A stretch of 64,000 nucleotides of DNA. Origin: an uncultured Saprospiraceae bacterium. GTDB taxonomy: Bacteria > Bacteroidota > Bacteroidia > Chitinophagales > Saprospiraceae. Below the pieces are notes generated by a model. It was not told where the DNA came from. It worked only from the letters and a program-made list of their open reading frames with translations, and ran no database searches. Location of the stretch: assembly GCA_937921825.1 (NCBI GenBank), contig CAKZVK010000019.1:966-64965 (forward strand). Direction: 5' to 3'. Positions within the stretch are counted from its first letter, which is position 1. Each line of letters begins with the position of its first letter. A program made the position numbers and the translations under genes. This document shows positions 1-10,367 of this stretch, one piece after another.

Positions 1-1057
1 AAATGAAGGAGACTTTATCTGTGCTGCAGAAAAGGTGACTCCAGAGGTCATTAATTTCATGGCCACCTATGGTAGAGGCTTGATTTGTACACCTGTTACA
101 GTAGAAAGAGCCCAGCAGTTAGAGCTTAATAAGATGGTCTCTAGTAATACGGCTCTTCACGAGACAGCCTTTACAGTTTCGATAGACCTCATCGGTCAAG
201 GATGCAGCACTGGAATATCCGCCTATGATAGATCTACAGGCATCAAAGCTATGGTCAGTCCAGAGACTAAAGCCACTGACTTTGCCAGACCAGGCCATAT
301 TTTTCCTCTCATCGCAGAAAATGGTGGCGTCCTGAGAAGAACTGGGCATACAGAAGCCGCAGTAGATCTAGCAAGACTAGCAGGTCTCTATCCTGCGGGA
401 ACGCTAGTAGAAATCCTTAATGAGGATGGCACCATGGCTAGATTACCTCAGTTGGCTGAGCTAGCTAAAAAACACGACCTCAAACTAATCTCCATCAAAG
501 ACTTAGTCGCCTTCAGAATGAATACCGAGAGGCTCATCAAAAAGATGACCAGTGTAGAGATAGATACGCAATATGGTCCTTTCGAGATTATAGCTTTCAA
601 TGAAGTGAATTCTGGTGTCACCCATCTCGCTATCAAAAAAGGAGAGTGGTCTGCCGACGAACCTATTCTTACCAGGGTGCACTCCTCTACTAATACTATG
701 GATATCTTAGGAGCATTGCTGCATGGTTATGGAGTACAACTTCATAGAACTCTAGAGATGATCTCTGAAGAAGGCAAAGGCGTCCTCATCTATCTAAGAC
801 AAAAGGATGATGACGATCCAGTACTTGCGAGCATAGAGGCGATCAAAAAAATGAAAGAAACTGGAACACCTCAGAAAATATTTCCTTCTAGGACCAGTAG
901 TACTCAGCAGAGAGACTTAGGTATCGGCGCTCAGATATTAAATGAGTTAGGAGTCAGCAAAATCAGACTATTGACTAATAACCCAAGAAAGAGAGTTGCA
1001 TTGAACGGATACGGTCTGGAGATAGTAGAAAACATAGCTTTCAAAGATCCTTCTTAG
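1..1057 (+). CDS. ribB: 3,4-dihydroxy-2-butanone-4-phosphate synthase fused to a degenerate GTP cyclohydrolase II-like domain (5' end lies outside the window)
   Basis: Frame 2 is open from the window edge (NEGDFICAAEKVTPEV...). DHBP synthase motifs are present (RTGHTEAAVDLARLAG). The C-terminal half resembles RibA (RLLTNNPRK) but lacks the zinc Cys triad. Confidence 0.85.
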   Translation, partial: NEGDFICAAEKVTPEVINFMATYGRGLICTPVTVERAQQLELNKMVSSNTALHETAFTVSIDLIGQGCSTGISAYDRSTGIKAMVSPETKATDFARPGHIFPLIAENGGVLRRTGHTEAAVDLARLAGLYPAGTLVEILNEDGTMARLPQLAELAKKHDLKLISIKDLVAFRMNTERLIKKMTSVEIDTQYGPFEIIAFNEVNSGVTHLAIKKGEWSADEPILTRVHSSTNTMDILGALLHGYGVQLHRTLEMISEEGKGVLIYLRQKDDDDPVLASIEAIKKMKETGTPQKIFPSRTSSTQQRDLGIGAQILNELGVSKIRLLTNNPRKRVALNGYGLEIVENIAFKDPS

Positions 1058-1071
1058 TTTTTTTGATTTAG

Positions 1072-1102
1072 GCAAAAAAAAAGTCAGGATTTTCACCCTG
1101 AC
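1072..1102 (-). terminator. Candidate rho-independent terminator of the giant adhesin gene
   Basis: 6-bp stem GTCAGG/CCTGAC (1083-1088 / 1097-1102). On the minus strand it is followed by a U-tract (plus-strand A-run 1072-1082). It lies just downstream of the stop at 1148. Confidence 0.45.
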
Positions 1103-1147
1103 CTCTCTCAACTTTCTTGAATTGAAACCTTATATCTTGAAGTAAGC

Positions 1148-4100
1148 TTAGTGACTTACTTTTATTATTCTTAAGTGTTCTACTCTTCTACCTGTCATGA
1201 GCTTGATGAAGTAGACTCCTTCTTCTAGAGGTTCTACACCTACAGCATATTCATGGATGCCTTTAGAAGCAGATTGATCTAATACTTCCGTACCGATTAC
1301 CCCACCTTTACTATCTGTCATCAAGTATGAAACTTCTAGGTCATCTTTATAGACCTCTGCTGTTATCGTTACTTCTGGACCTGAGACTGGGTTAGGATAG
1401 ATTTGTGATGGTCTTTTCTTTTTTAGAGCAACAAAACCCACATTCACATTTCTGACTACAGTACCATCTTGTACAGTGATCATTTCAGAGTTACCATCAC
1501 TATCGAAATCAGAATCTATATCATCATCTATACCAAAATTTTCTAAGGTGAAGGTAAAGTCTACCGGAGCCGCAGCTTTGATAAAGTACTCACCGTCTTC
1601 CAAATCCTTAAAGAGATAAATCCCTGCTGTCCCTGTTTCCATCTCTATCATGACCAGACTATTTTCATTCATCAACCAGATAGTTACATCTTCTCTGTAT
1701 GGTTCTCCAGCATCGATGACACCATTTTCATTTTGATCCTCCCATGCAAAACCACCAATCTGATTTCCTGGTCTTACGAGACCGAAGTCTATTGTTTCAT
1801 TAGAGACACTATTAGAAATAGTAAAGACCTCTGTTACTCCTAGTGCATTAGCATCACTATCTAAAGAGTCATCAGTACCTATATCACTTAAGGTCGGCTC
1901 AAAATCCTCAGATGGATAGATAATGAGGTAGTAATCACCGTTAGCTACTCCATTGAATCTATATTCGCCTAATCTATCTGTTCTTATTTCTGCTAGTTCT
2001 ACATCACCTGTGTCAGTTCTCTGCATGAGTTTAATCGCGATATCTTCTACTCCTGGCTCATTGGCGTCCTGCAGTCCATCTTTATTTCTATCGTGCCACA
2101 CCTTATCTCCTATAAATGCATCTAAGAAGACACCACCATCTACATCTAGATCTGTCTCTGCAGGTGATAGCAAAAATATACTAGTAGTCCCCAGTCCATT
2201 ACTATCATCTATATCTGAGTCATTGGCATCTACGCCGCCTTCATCTGCTTTAGTCGTGACATAGCCATCAGGAATCAAGAATTTGACATAATACTCTGTC
2301 GGGTAGATATCTTCAAAGAGATAGATACCATCCTCTCCATTGACTGTAGCAGTCACTGTTGTTCCTACAAGATTATCATGTATGTTATATAACTCAACTG
2401 TCACATCATTAAGACCCACTTCGCCATCATCATTTATGCCGTTCCCGTTTGCATCTATCCACAATTGATTACCTAGAGTAGCTGGTGCCAAGACAAGCCC
2501 GATATCGATATCATCGAGTTGCATACCAGAATTCAGATCTATTAAGTCTGTAGATCCAGCACCGTTTGTATTGGTGATATTAGAATCGTTATCAGCATCT
2601 GTAGCCTCCGCTGGAGAAAAAGCGATCCCTTGCTGAGTGGTTACTCTGATAATATATTGCCCAGGAGCAAGATCATTAAACTGATAGAATCCCGGATTTA
2701 GATTCGCATCAAAGTTAGACCATACCCGTTCTATGAAATTATTATCAGCATCATGAAGATTAATGATATAGTTATTTGCCCCTTCTTCGTCAGGGTCTTG
2801 TACACCATTCCCATTGATATCTAGCCATACATAGTCACCTATACTTGCAGGGTAAAAATAACCCGCATTTACTCCACTGAGCGCCGTACCAGTAACTTCT
2901 ATCTGAGCAAAACCAGTCTCCGCATCTATATCAGAATCTATCTCTTCACTTCCTTGGTCCTGTGCCGTCGCTTTAGAATCCAATGGCAAAGTAAAGGCTA
3001 TTACATAACTGCCATTAGGTACAGCACTGAAGAGATATCTACCACCTGGACCTGTAGTCTGAACAGCTACGATTCCTCCATTCTCTTCCCTCAGCACCAC
3101 TCTCACTGATTCAGTAAATTCTTCTCCAGCATCTATCAGTCCATTGCCATTGAAATCTTCCCATACATTTCCAAAAACATCGCCTTCTTCAGCACCTTCA
3201 GGTGTTTCGTAGAATCCCGCATTGATTCCCGTACGGCTCTGAGCAGTCTGGACTTCGAATACATTTGTATTAGAGGTCACAAAATTTACTACTTCAGAAT
3301 CTAGATCTGAGGTGCCGTTTGCATTAGGTATAGTATGCGTATAACCATCTGGTTTTGCAACTGAAACATAATAGAATCCTGGCACCACATCAGTAAAGTT
3401 ATAATCTCCGTTTTCATCAGTTATCACTTCGCCTATAAAACTATTAGCATCATCATAGAGGCTCACAGAGACATTATCTAGTCCAGCTTCTTCTTCATCG
3501 ATTATACCATTTTCATTTTCATCCTCCCATACGTTACCGGCAATCTGACCTGGCTCAAAAGCAGTAAAGTACAAGCCTGCATTTATTCCTGTGAGTACTT
3601 CCTGATCAGCCAGAGGATATAGCGGCGTATAGCCCATATCTAAGTTTAAGACCTCAGAATCTATATCTAATGTACCTCCTACATTAGGCATTACAAAAAT
3701 GTAATCCCTCTGCTGGAACCAGACAAAGTATAATCCAGCATGAAGATTTTCAAAAGCATAGTTACCAGTCGCATCAGAAAGAACCCGTGTGACCTCTGCA
3801 TTATTATCATCCATCAAGATGACTGTCACATCAGCTACGCCTGTCTCCATATCTGAGATAAGACCATCTTGATTTTCATCGAACCATACCTGACCTGATA
3901 TAGAAGCCGTACCCAGTGCTAGTTCTGAATAGAGCCCTGCATTGATACCTACTAATTGATCTCCTTCCTCTAGCACATAGATTCCTGTATATCCTGAGAC
4001 AGAGTTAATCACTTCTGAGTCTAAGACAGAGAAGCCGCCAGCTGCCTGAGCATCTGAAAAGAAATAATCCATTTTTCCGAAGCCTAGATAATACATACCA

Positions 4101-7100
4101 GCATCGAGATTATGGAACTTATAATATCCTTCTGCATCAGTCGTCGCAAATGATACTTCTGTATTAGTATCATCATAAAGTGTGACTATGATATTTTCTA
4201 TCCCTGCCTCATCAGCATCTATTAGACCATTCACATTTTTATCTAGCCATACAGATCCACTAATGAATGTTTCTCTGGCTGGTATCTCAGTATACATTCC
4301 TGCATTGACACCATGCACCTCATCACCGACATTAACTATATAGAGTCCCGTAAACCCATCAGTTGTATTCAACACTTCGGAGTCCAAGTCTGAATTGCCT
4401 CCTAATTTCGGGTCACTAAAGAAATAGCTTTGCCTCTCAAAAGCAACATAGTACAAGCCCGCTTCTAAATCAGTAAAGCTGTAGTTACCTTCGCTATTAG
4501 TCGCTGTTTGTGCCACTGTAGAATTAGTATCATCTCTAAGTATCACTGCTATGTTCTCTATGCCCAGTTCAGCATCATCTATGAGACCGTTTGCATTCAC
4601 GTCTAACCATACTTGGCCATTCATTGAGCCTTTAAGATTAGAGATATCTTCTTGCAGACCAGCATTAATACCTACGTAAGAAGATATGCCATCTACATTA
4701 TAAAGTCCTGTGTATCCAAGATCCGTGTTTACGACTTCAGAATCTGCCAGTGAATTACCAGCGACGTTTGGTGCTGCAAAATCATAAATCCCTTTATCAA
4801 AAGCTATATAATATAGACCCGCTGCTAATCCAGAAAAACTATATTGCCCCTGTGCATTAGTCACAATTTGTGCAACTTCTACATTGCTATCATTCATCAG
4901 CTTTACTACTGATCCTTCTACACCACCTTCTTGAGCATCGATCTCACCATTCCTGTTTTCGTCTAACCATACCTGCCCACTGATGACACTGATAGCTGGC
5001 GCAGAGACTGTATACAGACCGGCATTAACACCTGTCAACTGATCACCAGCATTAACGATGTACAAACTCGTAAATCCATCTACCAGATTAATCACCTCAG
5101 AATCTACATCGGAAGTTCCTCCAACATTTGCTTCAGTGAATGTGTAATCTTGATTCTCGAATACCAGGTAATACATGCCTTCAGATAAATTTGAAAATTC
5201 ATACTGGCCATCAGCGGCAGAAGTCGTTTGAGTGACTTCTATATTCATGTCATCCATCAGTCTAATAACGACACCTTCTATACCTTGCTCAGTTGCACCT
5301 ACTAATCCGTCTTGGTCAGCATCTAGCCAAACTTGTCCACTAATCATAGCAGTAGGTCTTTCTACAAAGCCCGCATTAATATATTCGACATTGCTACCCT
5401 GAACGGAAATTGTATCCGTCATGCCTAGATTAAGATCTATGACTTCAGAATCTTCATTGGAGACACCACCTGCTCTGTAACTGGTAAAGCGGTAGTCTTG
5501 CAATCTCTCAAACTGAATAAAATAATCCCCATCCTCTACATCTTGGAATGCATAGACCCCTTGTATATCGGAATAGGTATCTTCTAGAAGTAAGAGATCT
5601 TCATTATATAAGCTGACCCGAACTTGATCCATAGCCGCTTCGCTTGCATCTCTGATTCCATTTATATCTGAGTCTAACCAAGTCACTCCTGACAAAGAAG
5701 CTGAAGCTGCTACTACTTCTCTTACGTATCCAATATTTATGGTTTGTTCCGTGCCTATAGAAATACAATCTGTGGTAGCTAAACCATTAGCATCTGTAAT
5801 CACACTACCGTCAGTAAAGGTATATCCATCTATAAGATCAACTTGCAAATAGTAATCGCCTGGCACCAATTGCATAGTGTATGCTTCCAAAGCCAAGTCA
5901 TATTGCATAGCTCCAATAAATATATCGTTACATGAGAACACCATTACTGAGAGATTATCAAAAATGGGCTCATCCATACCTGGGCTGGTATCAGCATTTA
6001 TATCTTCAAAAAGCACTGCAGAAAGTGTCACTGGCAGTACCTCCTCTTGCTCCTCTACTAAAGCTATATCTATCGTAAGATCACTATTGACTAAAAAGCA
6101 ATCTGTAGTCCCTGGACCAAAGGCCTCCGTTATAGGACTGAGATCTCCCGCCTCATACCCATCAGGTGTAGTCATAGACAAGTAATACTCTCCTGCTTGA
6201 AGACTAGAGATACAAGCAACACCTGTTGCGTCACTGATGATACTCTGCACAAGATTACCAGAGCAATCCAATATATCAAACTCAAGAGATCCAATTACAG
6301 ATTCTCCATTGTCCTGCAAGTTATTGTCATTCGTATCATCCCATACATTAGTACATACCGTGTATGTTTCTGGCACTACAACATTGGTCAATCCGACTCT
6401 TATAGTCCTGCCTATTCCTTGCACATCAAAACAATCTGAGGTCCCTACCCCATTAGCTCCTGTGATATCTCCACCGTTAGTAATGAAAGAATATTCTGCA
6501 GGCAAGATGACTCTTATGTAATAGTTTCCCGGCTCTAAATCTGCAAACCAAGAGCCCCCTATGGCATCAGTATCATCCGCCGCGACCAGTTCTCCTGCAC
6601 AAGTATATAGTTCTGTCATAATACCAGGTACTAAAGTCTCGTTATCATCTCTGAATCCATTACCGTTGGCATCAACATATACTTTAGAATCAACTGTCGC
6701 TCTTTCGAGTATCAATCCAAAATCTTTCTCGAAGTCATCAGCAGACCCATCATGCAAAAAGCAAGTGGTACAATTTCCTCCAGTTACGACTGCAGGGTTA
6801 ACCGTGTACTCTCTATATGATTCATCGATACATATAATATAGTTACCACCCCCTACTTCATCAAAACGATAGTTACCCGCTGCATCTGTAAGCTGTGACT
6901 GAATCACATTATTATTACAATCTGAAAGTGTTACTGTGACGTCAGAAAGTCCTGATTCTCCTTGATCTAACTGGCCATTCTCATTAGCATCATACCACAC
7001 AACATCTCCTATCGTAGAGCTACTAAACACAAAACCAAAATCAAGATCAGCACGAGTAGTGTCATCCATTATAGAGAAGCAATCTGAGCAACCATCAGTA

Positions 7101-8905
7101 TTAGCGACAGACCCCATATCTGATGAGGTATCTTTTATAGTAGGCGCATACCCGACAGGTGTAGTTTCTACACAGACATAGTACTCACCCGGGCTCAATC
7201 CTCTAAACTGATAGGCTCCCCAAGCATCCGTAGTGGTTGTCTGTACAAACTCATCACTACATCTGAATATATTAAGTCTTACGTCTGGGATACCCGGCTC
7301 ACTAGGGTCCATGACACCATTGCCATTTTGATCATCCCATACTCTATCACCAACATTACTTAACATGTAAGCACTGATATCATTACCAAGGCTACTGTCA
7401 TCATAGTCAAGCATAAGGGATACTTTTCCTGTTGTAGGGTCCGCAATATTCACTAGACCATAAGATCTTACAAAGTAGCCATCTGGCAAATCATAATCTA
7501 AGAAATAAGAACCCCCTCCCAAATTATCAAAGCAATAATTTCCTTCTGCATCTACAGGTGTAGAACCAATGAGACTGCAAGAACTGTCATAGAGACTGAC
7601 AGTAACTACCGTCAAATCAGAGTCTGCATCAGTCTCTATACCATCACCATCTCTGTCTCTCCATGCATGTCCACAGATCTGGCTGTATTTTATAAGACCG
7701 AGATCGATATCGTTTCTATTTTCTCCAGGACCTAAATTGATAACACTAGTACTCCCATAGTAATAGAGCCCTGTCAGATCTGAATTATTATCTGTATCTG
7801 AATCAGTAAATTGTGTCTGCTTATAGTCTTTAAGATCTACTGCTACGACGTACTGGCCCATCTCCAGATTTTCAAATCGGTATCTTCCATTCTGAGCAAT
7901 AGTGGTAGCGACAAGCTGAAAAGAGGCATCGAATAACCTTACATTAAAACCATCTAAATCCGGCTCACCTGCATCTTGTATACCGTTACCATTTCTATCT
8001 TCCCATATTCTGTCCCCTATACTTCCTGGCGTACAGTCATCATAGTGCACCGGTCTACAACAGTTATCCGTCTGACCATCAGCATAAGTCATGGTCAGGC
8101 AGATTTCATAATCTCCGTAAGGGGATTGGTCTGCATATATATTAACGACATTGTCCAGTTGCTCAGAAGTTTCTGCTACTAAAGACTCATGTACGTTCCA
8201 ACTGTAAGAGACGACATCATTATCCATAGGTGTCATCACTGCGATACATGGATGCTCACAGATCTGCAAGACTGGTTGATAATGTACTCTTACGGCTAGT
8301 TGATCTAAGTACGCATGTACGATGGTATCCATTCTGTTACTCATCTGTACGATGACGCCAAAAGAACTATTATTTATTGCACTGTAATCTAGGTCAGCAC
8401 TCCACATATCATGGACACTTCCATAGCTCCAAATATTGGAGTGAGACCATGGCTTACCTCCAAATGACCTATTTGCTTTATTGGAACCGATTGCTTGATT
8501 AGCACCTGTAGCAAGTGATACTGCAATATCTCTTAAAGCGTTTGGCACAGAGGCATTACCCGCTATTATCACTTCTACACCTGTAATATTGACTCCTGTA
8601 GGGAGATTAAATCCAAAATCACTGAGATAAAGCGTAGAGGAATTTTGACGTGGGGCAAGAGTTATATCTACGGTCTGTTCATCTCTACCTATGACATTAG
8701 TCAGATTATCAAAGGCAGGACCAGTAGTGGCATTATTAGTAACCATTCTAGGTGCGCCTAAAATCGAAGAAAGCTCTTTAGGATTATCAATGAAAATGGG
8801 ACAGCCATAGTTGTTCTGTCCATAAGATTGAAAAGAAATTAGCAGTAATGTGGCGAAACCAAAAGCCGTCAAAGAGCTAATCCAAGTTCGAAAATATTGA
8901 GTCAT
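1148..8905 (-). CDS. Giant (2585 aa) T9SS-secreted adhesin-like protein built of SdrD-B/Cna-B-type repeat domains
   Basis: N-terminal signal/TM segment. I count at least 19 copies by eye of the motif [VL]WxDxNxNGxxDxxExG...V.L, followed by G.Y.F..L..G.Y. The C-terminus IYPNPVSG...GVYFIKL...IIKVSH is a type A T9SS sorting domain. Confidence 0.9.
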   Translation of the reverse strand: MTQYFRTWISSLTAFGFATLLLISFQSYGQNNYGCPIFIDNPKELSSILGAPRMVTNNATTGPAFDNLTNVIGRDEQTVDITLAPRQNSSTLYLSDFGFNLPTGVNITGVEVIIAGNASVPNALRDIAVSLATGANQAIGSNKANRSFGGKPWSHSNIWSYGSVHDMWSADLDYSAINNSSFGVIVQMSNRMDTIVHAYLDQLAVRVHYQPVLQICEHPCIAVMTPMDNDVVSYSWNVHESLVAETSEQLDNVVNIYADQSPYGDYEICLTMTYADGQTDNCCRPVHYDDCTPGSIGDRIWEDRNGNGIQDAGEPDLDGFNVRLFDASFQLVATTIAQNGRYRFENLEMGQYVVAVDLKDYKQTQFTDSDTDNNSDLTGLYYYGSTSVINLGPGENRNDIDLGLIKYSQICGHAWRDRDGDGIETDADSDLTVVTVSLYDSSCSLIGSTPVDAEGNYCFDNLGGGSYFLDYDLPDGYFVRSYGLVNIADPTTGKVSLMLDYDDSSLGNDISAYMLSNVGDRVWDDQNGNGVMDPSEPGIPDVRLNIFRCSDEFVQTTTTDAWGAYQFRGLSPGEYYVCVETTPVGYAPTIKDTSSDMGSVANTDGCSDCFSIMDDTTRADLDFGFVFSSSTIGDVVWYDANENGQLDQGESGLSDVTVTLSDCNNNVIQSQLTDAAGNYRFDEVGGGNYIICIDESYREYTVNPAVVTGGNCTTCFLHDGSADDFEKDFGLILERATVDSKVYVDANGNGFRDDNETLVPGIMTELYTCAGELVAADDTDAIGGSWFADLEPGNYYIRVILPAEYSFITNGGDITGANGVGTSDCFDVQGIGRTIRVGLTNVVVPETYTVCTNVWDDTNDNNLQDNGESVIGSLEFDILDCSGNLVQSIISDATGVACISSLQAGEYYLSMTTPDGYEAGDLSPITEAFGPGTTDCFLVNSDLTIDIALVEEQEEVLPVTLSAVLFEDINADTSPGMDEPIFDNLSVMVFSCNDIFIGAMQYDLALEAYTMQLVPGDYYLQVDLIDGYTFTDGSVITDANGLATTDCISIGTEQTINIGYVREVVAASASLSGVTWLDSDINGIRDASEAAMDQVRVSLYNEDLLLLEDTYSDIQGVYAFQDVEDGDYFIQFERLQDYRFTSYRAGGVSNEDSEVIDLNLGMTDTISVQGSNVEYINAGFVERPTAMISGQVWLDADQDGLVGATEQGIEGVVIRLMDDMNIEVTQTTSAADGQYEFSNLSEGMYYLVFENQDYTFTEANVGGTSDVDSEVINLVDGFTSLYIVNAGDQLTGVNAGLYTVSAPAISVISGQVWLDENRNGEIDAQEGGVEGSVVKLMNDSNVEVAQIVTNAQGQYSFSGLAAGLYYIAFDKGIYDFAAPNVAGNSLADSEVVNTDLGYTGLYNVDGISSYVGINAGLQEDISNLKGSMNGQVWLDVNANGLIDDAELGIENIAVILRDDTNSTVAQTATNSEGNYSFTDLEAGLYYVAFERQSYFFSDPKLGGNSDLDSEVLNTTDGFTGLYIVNVGDEVHGVNAGMYTEIPARETFISGSVWLDKNVNGLIDADEAGIENIIVTLYDDTNTEVSFATTDAEGYYKFHNLDAGMYYLGFGKMDYFFSDAQAAGGFSVLDSEVINSVSGYTGIYVLEEGDQLVGINAGLYSELALGTASISGQVWFDENQDGLISDMETGVADVTVILMDDNNAEVTRVLSDATGNYAFENLHAGLYFVWFQQRDYIFVMPNVGGTLDIDSEVLNLDMGYTPLYPLADQEVLTGINAGLYFTAFEPGQIAGNVWEDENENGIIDEEEAGLDNVSVSLYDDANSFIGEVITDENGDYNFTDVVPGFYYVSVAKPDGYTHTIPNANGTSDLDSEVVNFVTSNTNVFEVQTAQSRTGINAGFYETPEGAEEGDVFGNVWEDFNGNGLIDAGEEFTESVRVVLREENGGIVAVQTTGPGGRYLFSAVPNGSYVIAFTLPLDSKATAQDQGSEEIDSDIDAETGFAQIEVTGTALSGVNAGYFYPASIGDYVWLDINGNGVQDPDEEGANNYIINLHDADNNFIERVWSNFDANLNPGFYQFNDLAPGQYIIRVTTQQGIAFSPAEATDADNDSNITNTNGAGSTDLIDLNSGMQLDDIDIGLVLAPATLGNQLWIDANGNGINDDGEVGLNDVTVELYNIHDNLVGTTVTATVNGEDGIYLFEDIYPTEYYVKFLIPDGYVTTKADEGGVDANDSDIDDSNGLGTTSIFLLSPAETDLDVDGGVFLDAFIGDKVWHDRNKDGLQDANEPGVEDIAIKLMQRTDTGDVELAEIRTDRLGEYRFNGVANGDYYLIIYPSEDFEPTLSDIGTDDSLDSDANALGVTEVFTISNSVSNETIDFGLVRPGNQIGGFAWEDQNENGVIDAGEPYREDVTIWLMNENSLVMIEMETGTAGIYLFKDLEDGEYFIKAAAPVDFTFTLENFGIDDDIDSDFDSDGNSEMITVQDGTVVRNVNVGFVALKKKRPSQIYPNPVSGPEVTITAEVYKDDLEVSYLMTDSKGGVIGTEVLDQSASKGIHEYAVGVEPLEEGVYFIKLMTGRRVEHLRIIKVSH

Positions 8906-8983
8906 GCTTGTAGTTTATGCTTATCTACGTTGAGTATAGAGCAAAGTCAAGCGCTAATATACATATTATATTTATTTATATAT

Positions 8984-8991
8984 CAAAATTA
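8984..8991 (-). promoter_or_regulatory. Candidate Bacteroidota -7 promoter box (TAATTTTG on the minus strand) for the adhesin gene
   Basis: Plus-strand CAAAATTA is TAATTTTG on the minus strand and matches TAnnTTTG. It sits about 80 nt upstream of the ATG in a very AT-rich intergenic region. Confidence 0.25.
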
Positions 8992-9067
8992 TTATAATAT
9001 GTTATCGAGTGACAATCAAGGTAAGATTAGTCTGAATGACAAATTGACGACCTTTGATTAGGGGCAT

Positions 9068-9097
9068 AAAAAAAGGGGTGATTTAAATAACCACCCC
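9068..9097 (-). terminator. Candidate rho-independent terminator of the glycosyltransferase gene
   Basis: Stem GGGGTG/CACCCC (9075-9080 / 9092-9097). On the minus strand it is followed by 7 U (plus-strand A-run 9068-9074). Confidence 0.5.
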
Positions 9098-9194
9098 AAG
9101 ATAATGAGAATGAAACCTGGATTTATTTTGAGCATTAAGCTCGGATTCAAAGATAGTTAAACCCATGAATTTCCAAACAAAAAATGCTGTTTTA

Positions 9195-10292
9195 TCAGTT
9201 AGAAATTTCTTGTAACACATTCATAATCAGTTTAATATGTTCTTCCGCATCAAACTGTTCTAAATGCTCTTCCACACCTATCATCTTCTTCTTTCTTTCG
9301 CCTTCATCATTCATTAAGATAAGGGCTTCTACAAGTAACTCTGGTCTATCATATTCAATTATTATACCATATTTGCCAACTACCTCAGGCAAAGAGGAAT
9401 TAGGCAAGGTGATGACTGGAATTCCTGAGCTTAATGCTTCTACCACTGGTCTACCAAAACCTTCATAATAACTAGGAAAGACTAGCGCTATGGACTGACT
9501 ATACAAGTCTTTAAGTTCTACATCACTCACTCCCGATAAAAAAGTAAAATATGCCCCCAATCTATTTTGCTTGATTTCCTCATCGACCTCTTTTCTATAC
9601 TTTTTCCCGCTTCCTACCACGACCACCGGTCGTCTATGCTTCTCTGGGAGCAAGGCATAAGCTCTAATCAGTAGCTTTAGATTCTTTCTTTCGTTTATGG
9701 TGCCTACAACTAGGTAATGCTGGCCAGAGGAATTCTCAGAGTTATTTCTGTATAGAGGTGACACAGATTGATAGGCGACTTCCATTCTTTTCTTTGGTCG
9801 GAAATAATGCTCTATATCCTTTGCTGTGCTCTGACTAGTAGCGATAATACAATCCGCCGCAGAGATAGCATGAGAAAACTTACGTTGGTAGATCCATCTA
9901 TCTATAAGTGAAAATTGCTGAGGAAACCTCTTATAAAGAACATCATGAATAGTTACAACAGACGGCACCGAAGATTGGGCTATACCAAAGGGCAACTCAT
10001 TACTGAGACCAAAGTAGACATCTACATCCTCTGACTCTAGGCTCTTTAAGACCCCTCTACTTCTCCAATAGCTGTCGCTAATGCCATCGGAGCTTATAAT
10101 TCTGTATTTAGAGGCATCTAAGAACGGAAGGGTAAACTCTGCCTTATTTATCTGAGGTGTACAGAGAATATATTCGTGCTCAGGATGTAAGCGCTGCATA
10201 TCCGACACCAAAGTTCTAGCATAGGAACCTAATCCTTCCCTATTCCAAAACAACCTTTTGGCATCAAATGCAATTTTTAATTTTTTCTCCAC
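9195..10292 (-). CDS. Glycosyltransferase, GT4 (GT-B fold) family
   Basis: 365 aa. The C-terminal half carries the typical GT4 signature (VFPSYYEGFGRPVVEALSSGIPVI). Confidence 0.8.
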   Translation of the reverse strand: MEKKLKIAFDAKRLFWNREGLGSYARTLVSDMQRLHPEHEYILCTPQINKAEFTLPFLDASKYRIISSDGISDSYWRSRGVLKSLESEDVDVYFGLSNELPFGIAQSSVPSVVTIHDVLYKRFPQQFSLIDRWIYQRKFSHAISAADCIIATSQSTAKDIEHYFRPKKRMEVAYQSVSPLYRNNSENSSGQHYLVVGTINERKNLKLLIRAYALLPEKHRRPVVVVGSGKKYRKEVDEEIKQNRLGAYFTFLSGVSDVELKDLYSQSIALVFPSYYEGFGRPVVEALSSGIPVITLPNSSLPEVVGKYGIIIEYDRPELLVEALILMNDEGERKKKMIGVEEHLEQFDAEEHIKLIMNVLQEISN

Positions 10293-10367
10293 GCTACTAC
10301 AAATATAAACTCCCCAGCAACACTTGAGTTACTGAGGAGTTTGGTGCTGATTAAATTGGTTTTGAGT

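Noticed and set aside
3200-5700. Regular 360-nt periodicity that could be mistaken for a satellite or CRISPR-like array.
   Set aside because: The period is in frame inside one long ORF and corresponds to 120-aa protein repeats. The units are diverged, with no short identical repeats separated by unique spacers.
1953-8182. Seven plus-strand ORFs of 68-103 aa inside the giant adhesin gene (1953-2264, 5877-6185, 6197-6439, 6237-6521, 6561-6842, 7976-8182).
   Set aside because: They are antisense to a 7.8-kb ORF with clear domain structure. Their products are Ser/Thr/Ile-rich and low-complexity, as expected from reading a repeat-rich gene backwards. They have no motifs.
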